64,000 nt of DNA from NCBI GenBank assembly GCA_963668675.2, contig CAXXMB010000002.1, positions 1,792,001 through 1,856,000 on the forward strand, in the 5' to 3' direction. The DNA comes from an uncultured Desulfatitalea sp. GTDB taxonomy: Bacteria > Desulfobacterota > Desulfobacteria > Desulfobacterales > Desulfosarcinaceae. The notes beneath the pieces were generated by a model. That model had not been told where the DNA came from, did not search any database, and saw only the letters and a program-made list of their open reading frames with translations. Positions 58,860 through 64,000 of this stretch are shown here, piece by piece. Position 1 is the first letter of the stretch; each line of letters opens with the position of its first letter. The translations under genes and the position numbers were made by a program.

Positions 58860-59456
58860 ATGTTGTCAAAGCGGCTGCTGCTATTGGCGTGTGCCATCGC
58901 CCTGGCATGTACAACGGCATGCGACAATTCGAAAATTGAATCGCTTCAGGCCCAACTCGCCCATCGCGACACCACCATTCGTTCACTCGAAGCACAAAAA
59001 GCGGAAATCGCGCAGCGCTGCAAACGCCTGGAGACAGGCATCAACGAGCTCAAAGCGGAATATGACAATCTCAAAAGCCAAAATGAGATCCTCTCCCAAT
59101 GGTCTAAGAAAGTCGCCCAACGCTTCGGCCCCAGCCTCTGGTATTTTGGAACGGATGAAAAACCCCTGCCCGTCAAACCCTACCGACAGGCTAGCCCTGA
59201 GCGCCTTATAACCGAATTGAATCGGATGTTTGCCAAATCGAAGCTGCCCCAGGTTCAACTGCTCAACATCGTGGACAACGTCGCCTATGTCCGCATCCGC
59301 GAGGAGCTGAAACTGACCCAGGGGATGGGAACCACCGGCGCAACAGCCTATATCGAGTCGGTGACCTACACCCTCACGTCCCTTCCCGGCATTGACTATG
59401 TCGATTTCGATTTTCACGCCGGCGACCATGCCATGCCCGGGCGCTACTCACGATAG
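58860..59456 (+). CDS. Lipoprotein with coiled coil and GerMN-like C-terminus
   Basis: Lipobox TTAC; GMGTTGA...VTYTLTSLPGIDYVDF. Confidence 0.7.
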   Translation: MLSKRLLLLACAIALACTTACDNSKIESLQAQLAHRDTTIRSLEAQKAEIAQRCKRLETGINELKAEYDNLKSQNEILSQWSKKVAQRFGPSLWYFGTDEKPLPVKPYRQASPERLITELNRMFAKSKLPQVQLLNIVDNVAYVRIREELKLTQGMGTTGATAYIESVTYTLTSLPGIDYVDFDFHAGDHAMPGRYSR

Positions 59457-59629
59457 CATCCAACCGATTATCTCCCAGTAAAAACACCCGCAGAAAAGCG
59501 TATTTCAGATGGGTATAAGATTTCCCCTATGAGAACAAACAATAAGATGAGTTCAATCATACCATTCTCTTCAGCTTCACCAACAGAGGAGTGGATGGGG
59601 AGGCGAAGGGGCACCTGATGCCTTCAGCC

Positions 59630-59687
59630 CTATCAGTTTGACAGCAGCCTCTTGTGCCTGTCCCTCATCGAGCTGTCAGTTTGATAG
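59630..59687. repeat. Two copies of the palindrome CTRTCA-GTT-TGAYAG
   Basis: CTATCAGTTTGACAG (59630) and CTGTCAGTTTGATAG (59673). Confidence 0.6.
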
Positions 59688-59963
59688 TCCCTACCCAGTT
59701 CCATCTACACGCCGATCCCCAAGCGGATCCCGTTTTCATCAATTTTACAGTTGGTTAGCAACATCCTCCATGAGACACCAGGAGGCTGGTACAGCTATTG
59801 CTCATACCCTGTTTCAAACAGTTCAGGAGAGACAGACGTATGAAACGCAATTCACAACCAGAAAATCGGTTCCATAAAAAGCATAACCCCAATTCCACAG
59901 CGCCTTTACGGGCAACACGGACAACTACCCGTATTTTATGTACTATTATGATACATAGCGTTG

Positions 59964-59978
59964 TGGCATGATTATTGA
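59964..59978 (+). promoter_or_regulatory. sigma54 promoter upstream of lytic transglycosylase
   Basis: TGGCATG-ATTA-TTGA. Confidence 0.55.
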
Positions 59979-60033
59979 TTTCGAAGGAATATAAACCATG
60001 AACGTCACGAAAAGGAAAAATAGATTCTACAAA

Positions 60034-60765
60034 ATGACCTGGATGAAACACTCGGAACGCAAAGAGATTCAAACGACCCTCAAACACGGGTTGATTCTAT
60101 ATGTGGTGCTGGCCACTCTCACCATCCCCTCGGGTATCTGCAGCCAGAGCCATCACATCGTGCCCGCCTTCGAAATGGCCAATGCGTCGCAGGCGCAGGA
60201 GGCACCGGCCGAAATGACCCTATCACCGGATCTGGTAGAGGATCTACCCCTGCTCGGCTTCGCCTATGACCTGCAACCGGTCCCGACCGTTGAAGAGCCG
60301 CTGCTGCTTGCCAACGCCGAAGAGAGGGACGAAGCCGTCGATACGCCCCCGTTTCACGACTTTATCGTCCAGGCATCCCAGAACTATGAGGTGGATGCTG
60401 CGTTGATCCGGGCCATTATCTTCGCCGAGTCGAACAACAACCCCCAAGCCGTCTCCCATCGCGGTGCCCAGGGACTCATGCAGCTGATGCCCCGTACCGC
60501 CAGATCGTTGGGTGTGGAGAACAGCTTTGATCCGGCCATGAATATCGACGGTGGTGTGCGCTACTTCAAGCAGCTCCTCGACCGCTTTTCCGGCGACGTG
60601 CGCCTGGCCCTGGCGGCCTATAACGCCGGCAGCCGTTATGTGCACAAATATGGGGGCGTCCCCCCGTTTGGCGCCACCAAACGTTATATCAAGAAAGTGC
60701 TCCACTACCACAAGCAATTCCAGACCGAGATGGCATCCGGCGAAACGTCTGATTCCGCTGTCTAA
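60034..60765 (+). CDS. Lytic transglycosylase (SLT domain)
   Basis: AIIFAES, GAQGLMQLMP, ALAAYNAG, GGVPPF; start uncertain (59998/60034/60043). Confidence 0.92.
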   Translation: MTWMKHSERKEIQTTLKHGLILYVVLATLTIPSGICSQSHHIVPAFEMANASQAQEAPAEMTLSPDLVEDLPLLGFAYDLQPVPTVEEPLLLANAEERDEAVDTPPFHDFIVQASQNYEVDAALIRAIIFAESNNNPQAVSHRGAQGLMQLMPRTARSLGVENSFDPAMNIDGGVRYFKQLLDRFSGDVRLALAAYNAGSRYVHKYGGVPPFGATKRYIKKVLHYHKQFQTEMASGETSDSAV

Positions 60766-61002
60766 CCCATTCCAATCCTGTTGAATTCAAGCGCCTCGCC
60801 TTCGGGCCGGGCGTTTGTTTTTGGGAACGCCCGCACGGGGATAATTTGCTTGACCTGCCTGCCCCTTCCGAATAAGTTTAACCCTTTTTATTAATGGTAT
60901 GCGCTCAAACACCAATAAGAAGAGCAAGCAGAAAATGAAACCAAAAAGGAGGCAACCCATCTGGAGCGTCAGCGTATGACCACCGGATGGCAATTCAATA
61001 CC

Positions 61003-62853
61003 ATGAAACGACTTATCACACTTCTGTTCATTCTGGGACTGCCCACCCTGGCCTTTGCCGCCGAAGGGCATGGCGCTGCCGCAATCGACATGACCGGCAC
61101 CGTTTATGGATATTTGGGGGTGATTCTGTTCGTGGCCGCCTATGTACTGGTGCCGCTGGAAAACACGATTCACCTGCGCAAAAGCAAACCGGTCCTGTTT
61201 GCCGCCGGCATCATCTGGGTGTTGCTGGCCATCGCGTACATTCAGCATGGCGACACCCACAGTGCCCACGAAGCGATCAAAAACAATCTGCTCGAGTACG
61301 CCGAACTGTTTCTCTTTCTGCTGGCGGCCATGACCTACATCAACTCCATGGAGGAGCGCAATGTGTTCCAGGCCCTGCGTGCCTGGCTGGTCAGCCGCGG
61401 CTTTTCACTGCGTTCCATCTTCTGGATCACCGGCCTGCTGGCCTTTTTCATTTCACCGGTGGCCGACAACCTGACCACGGCCCTGCTCATGGGCGCAGTG
61501 GTGATGGCTGTGGCCGGCAGCAACGTCAAGTTCGTCGCACTGGCCTGCATCAACGTGGTGGTGGCGGCCAATGCCGGCGGTGCCTTCTCACCATTCGGCG
61601 ACATCACCACCTTGATGGTGTGGCAAAAGGGCATGGTGGACTTTCACGAGTTTTTTGACATCTTTGTGCCATCGGTAGTGAACTGGCTGGTGCCGGCTGT
61701 CATCATGAGCCTGGCCGTGGGCAAAGAGCCACCCCAGCAGCTGCGGGAAAACGTCAAAGTCAAGTTCGGCGGTTACATCATTATCGGCCTCTTTTTATTG
61801 ACCATCGCCACGGCGGTATCGTTTCACAACTTTCTGCACTTGCCCCCGGCCGCCGGCATGATGCTGGGCATGGCCTATCTGGGCGCTTTTGCCTACTATG
61901 TTAAGCGTTACGAGGGGCGCAGCGAGTCCTATGACGGCATTCTGGGCGCCCATGCCGACCTCTCCTACCAACCCCTGATGCGCCTGGTTGAGCGCAAGGT
62001 AAAGCTATCCAAAATGATCGAACGGATCACCGATCCGGTCTTTGCGATCGATGCCGGTCATAAGGTGACCCACTGGAACAAAGCCTGCGAGGAGCTCACC
62101 GGCATTGCGGCCAAGGATATCATCGGCACCAAAAACCAGTGGAAACCGTTCTATCAACAAAAACGGCCGGTCTTGGCCGACCTGATCATCGAATACCAGC
62201 CCGAACCGGTGATCGAGGAGCACTACAGACAGAGGTACCGCAAAAATCCCCATGTAGATGAATCTTACGATGCCAGCGGCTTCTATCCCAACATGGGAGA
62301 ATCAGGCAAATGGCTCACCTTCTCGGCCATGCCGCTGAAAGACATGGACGGACGAGTGATCGGCGCCGTTGAGGTGGTACAAGAGTTTACCGAACAGAAA
62401 CAAGCCGTGGCCCGCTTCGACATCATGAAGCGCATCTCCCAGGCCGAATGGGACACCCTGCTCTTCTTCTACGGGGTGATCCTCTGCGTGGGCGGTCTGG
62501 CCCAGTTCGGCTACCTGGCGGCCATCTCCCAGCTCATGTACCATGACCTGGGAGCCACCATGGCCAACGCCATGGTCGGCGTGCTGTCGGCAATCGTGGA
62601 CAACATTCCGGTGATGTTCGCCGTGCTGACCATGGCCCCGGAGATGTCCCACGGGCAGTGGCTTTTGGTGACGCTTACCGCCGGTGTGGGCGGCAGTCTG
62701 CTCTCTATCGGGTCGGCCGCCGGCGTGGCACTGATGGGAACGGCCAGAGGCAAATACACCTTCGGCGCGCACCTGAAATGGACCCCTGTCATCGCCCTCG
62801 GCTATGTGCTCAGCATCTTATGCCACTTGTGGATCAATGCCAAATTGATGTAG
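61003..62853 (+). CDS. nhaD: NhaD Na+/H+ antiporter with an inserted PAS domain
   Basis: HLRKSKPV, SPVADNLTTAL, NAGGAFSPFGDITTLMVW, EWDTLLFFYG, SAIVDNIP, GGSLLSIGSAAGV; PAS at ~62010-62400. Confidence 0.92.
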   Translation: MKRLITLLFILGLPTLAFAAEGHGAAAIDMTGTVYGYLGVILFVAAYVLVPLENTIHLRKSKPVLFAAGIIWVLLAIAYIQHGDTHSAHEAIKNNLLEYAELFLFLLAAMTYINSMEERNVFQALRAWLVSRGFSLRSIFWITGLLAFFISPVADNLTTALLMGAVVMAVAGSNVKFVALACINVVVAANAGGAFSPFGDITTLMVWQKGMVDFHEFFDIFVPSVVNWLVPAVIMSLAVGKEPPQQLRENVKVKFGGYIIIGLFLLTIATAVSFHNFLHLPPAAGMMLGMAYLGAFAYYVKRYEGRSESYDGILGAHADLSYQPLMRLVERKVKLSKMIERITDPVFAIDAGHKVTHWNKACEELTGIAAKDIIGTKNQWKPFYQQKRPVLADLIIEYQPEPVIEEHYRQRYRKNPHVDESYDASGFYPNMGESGKWLTFSAMPLKDMDGRVIGAVEVVQEFTEQKQAVARFDIMKRISQAEWDTLLFFYGVILCVGGLAQFGYLAAISQLMYHDLGATMANAMVGVLSAIVDNIPVMFAVLTMAPEMSHGQWLLVTLTAGVGGSLLSIGSAAGVALMGTARGKYTFGAHLKWTPVIALGYVLSILCHLWINAKLM

Positions 62854-62922
62854 GGTTCGCAATCAGACCGGTGCCGTGCAACACGGCAACCGGTTGCAGC
62901 TATCACGATATAGATCGGGCAG

Positions 62923-63204
62923 ATGGAGATTATTGCGCTAAAGGCCCACACCAGGGGGTATCACGGATGTGTTGTCGAGGAGGAAGGGTATCTCTTCTTT
63001 CAACTGACCCGCAAAGGTACCCTCCGGCGGCTCAAGGCCTATCCCAGGGAGGATTTCAGCGACCACGAACAGTTTCAGTTCATGATGATGAAATACATGA
63101 CCCCTTCGGCCTTCCTCAATCCGCCCGAGCCCATCACAGCCCTGACCATGGAGGAGCTGGACCGGGTGTACCAGATTATCAGGAGAAGGGCGCTGGAGAT
63201 TTAA
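62923..63204 (+). CDS. Hypothetical protein
   Basis: 93-aa ORF in operon orientation with coding-like composition. Confidence 0.6.
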   Translation: MEIIALKAHTRGYHGCVVEEEGYLFFQLTRKGTLRRLKAYPREDFSDHEQFQFMMMKYMTPSAFLNPPEPITALTMEELDRVYQIIRRRALEI

Positions 63205-63251
63205 ATAATGGTGAAGTTTTAAACGTTTTAGAAGGAAACAGGAAGACAATC

Positions 63252-64000
63252 ATGACAACCAACGACGCAACCGATCCGCGCATCAATCCCACCCGGCTGG
63301 GGTTGAAAAGCCGTTTCAAATTCAAATGCCACCCCGGCGTATCGTGCTTTACCCAGTGCTGTCGGGGCATCAACATCATCCTGACCCCCTACGACATCAT
63401 TCGTCTGAAGCAGCGGCTGGATCTGCCTTCGGACCAGTTCCTGGCCGTCTATACCGAGCCCCATCTGCTGGAAAAGACCGACATGCCCATGGTGACCCTC
63501 AAGCATCTGGACGATGAACACGAGTCGTGCCCCTTTGTGCGCGATGACGGCTGCATCCTTTACGAAGACCGCCCCACCGCCTGCCGATACTACCCACTGG
63601 GTGTGGCCAGCCTGCAACACAAAGAGGGGGCCGACGACGACGGCTTCTTTTTCTTCATCAACGAGCCGCACTGCAAAGGGTTCGAGGAGGATTGCGACTG
63701 GACCGTGGCCGAGTGGCGTAAAGACCAGGCCGTGGACGAACGCGATGAGGTCAACGCCGAATGGACCGATCTGATGGTGCGCAAGCGCTCCTTCCCCCCC
63801 AACATCAAGCTGACCGACCAGGCCAAACAGATGTTTTTCATGATCAGCTACAACCTGGACAAATTCCGTGAATTCGTCTTCGAGAGCAGCTTCCTGAAGC
63901 GCACGCCGGTGGATGCCGAAACCCGGGAGCAGCTTAAAACCGACGACGTGGCCCTGCTCAAATTCGGCGTCAACTGGTTGAAGAACCTGCTGTTCAAGCA
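63252..64000 (+). CDS. YkgJ-family cysteine-cluster protein (partial, runs off the window)
   Basis: FKCHPGVSCFTQCC, LTPYDIIRL, CPF..DGC.LYEDRPTACRYYPLG. Confidence 0.9.
   Translation, partial: MTTNDATDPRINPTRLGLKSRFKFKCHPGVSCFTQCCRGINIILTPYDIIRLKQRLDLPSDQFLAVYTEPHLLEKTDMPMVTLKHLDDEHESCPFVRDDGCILYEDRPTACRYYPLGVASLQHKEGADDDGFFFFINEPHCKGFEEDCDWTVAEWRKDQAVDERDEVNAEWTDLMVRKRSFPPNIKLTDQAKQMFFMISYNLDKFREFVFESSFLKRTPVDAETREQLKTDDVALLKFGVNWLKNLLFK

Noticed and set aside
60790..61000. Possible Na+/Li+ riboswitch before nhaD
   Set aside because: Only a generic hairpin seen; cannot match a known motif by eye
1..64000. CRISPR arrays, rRNA, tRNA, phage or defence genes
   Set aside because: No regularly spaced repeats, cloverleafs or recognisable cas, phage or defence motifs seen

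Overview
The window looks like DNA from an anaerobic Desulfobacterota bacterium, probably Desulfobacterales-like. This is inferred from gene content (desulfoferrodoxin, DUF3365 heme-sensor kinase, selenoprotein, sigma54 promoters). It has two parts. (1) About 1-44200 is a decaying accessory stress/envelope island. It carries small general-stress membrane proteins, a BON lipoprotein, kup, a CheB/CheR fusion beside a PAS-LuxR regulator, two stand-alone receivers, khpA, hflKC, a PfkB kinase, a Pat-type acetyltransferase, rhodanese plus split YeeE, a ZraP-like gene split by an intact IS1380, a GT4/GT4/GH130/GH130 cluster, a heme-c hybrid kinase and an AhpD-like selenoprotein (UGA plus SECIS). It also has many pseudogenes (rpiB, pgl, sod, dfx), internal duplications, a two-copy 122-bp MITE, an IS110 remnant and two apparent decayed integron cassettes. 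Four copies of one regulatory module, a tandem GGTCATATATGACC palindrome 130-132 bp upstream of a sigma54 -24/-12 box, suggest an uncharacterised enhancer-dependent regulon. (2) About 44300-64000 is mostly intact housekeeping-type sequence: NorD/CbbO-like VWA protein, Hpt, hisA, OmpA, alr, ald, thiolase, FapA, ferritin, trmL, lytic transglycosylase, an NhaD antiporter with an inserted PAS domain, and a partial YkgJ. No rRNA, tRNA or CRISPR array was recognised. All family calls come from motif recognition by eye, not database searches.
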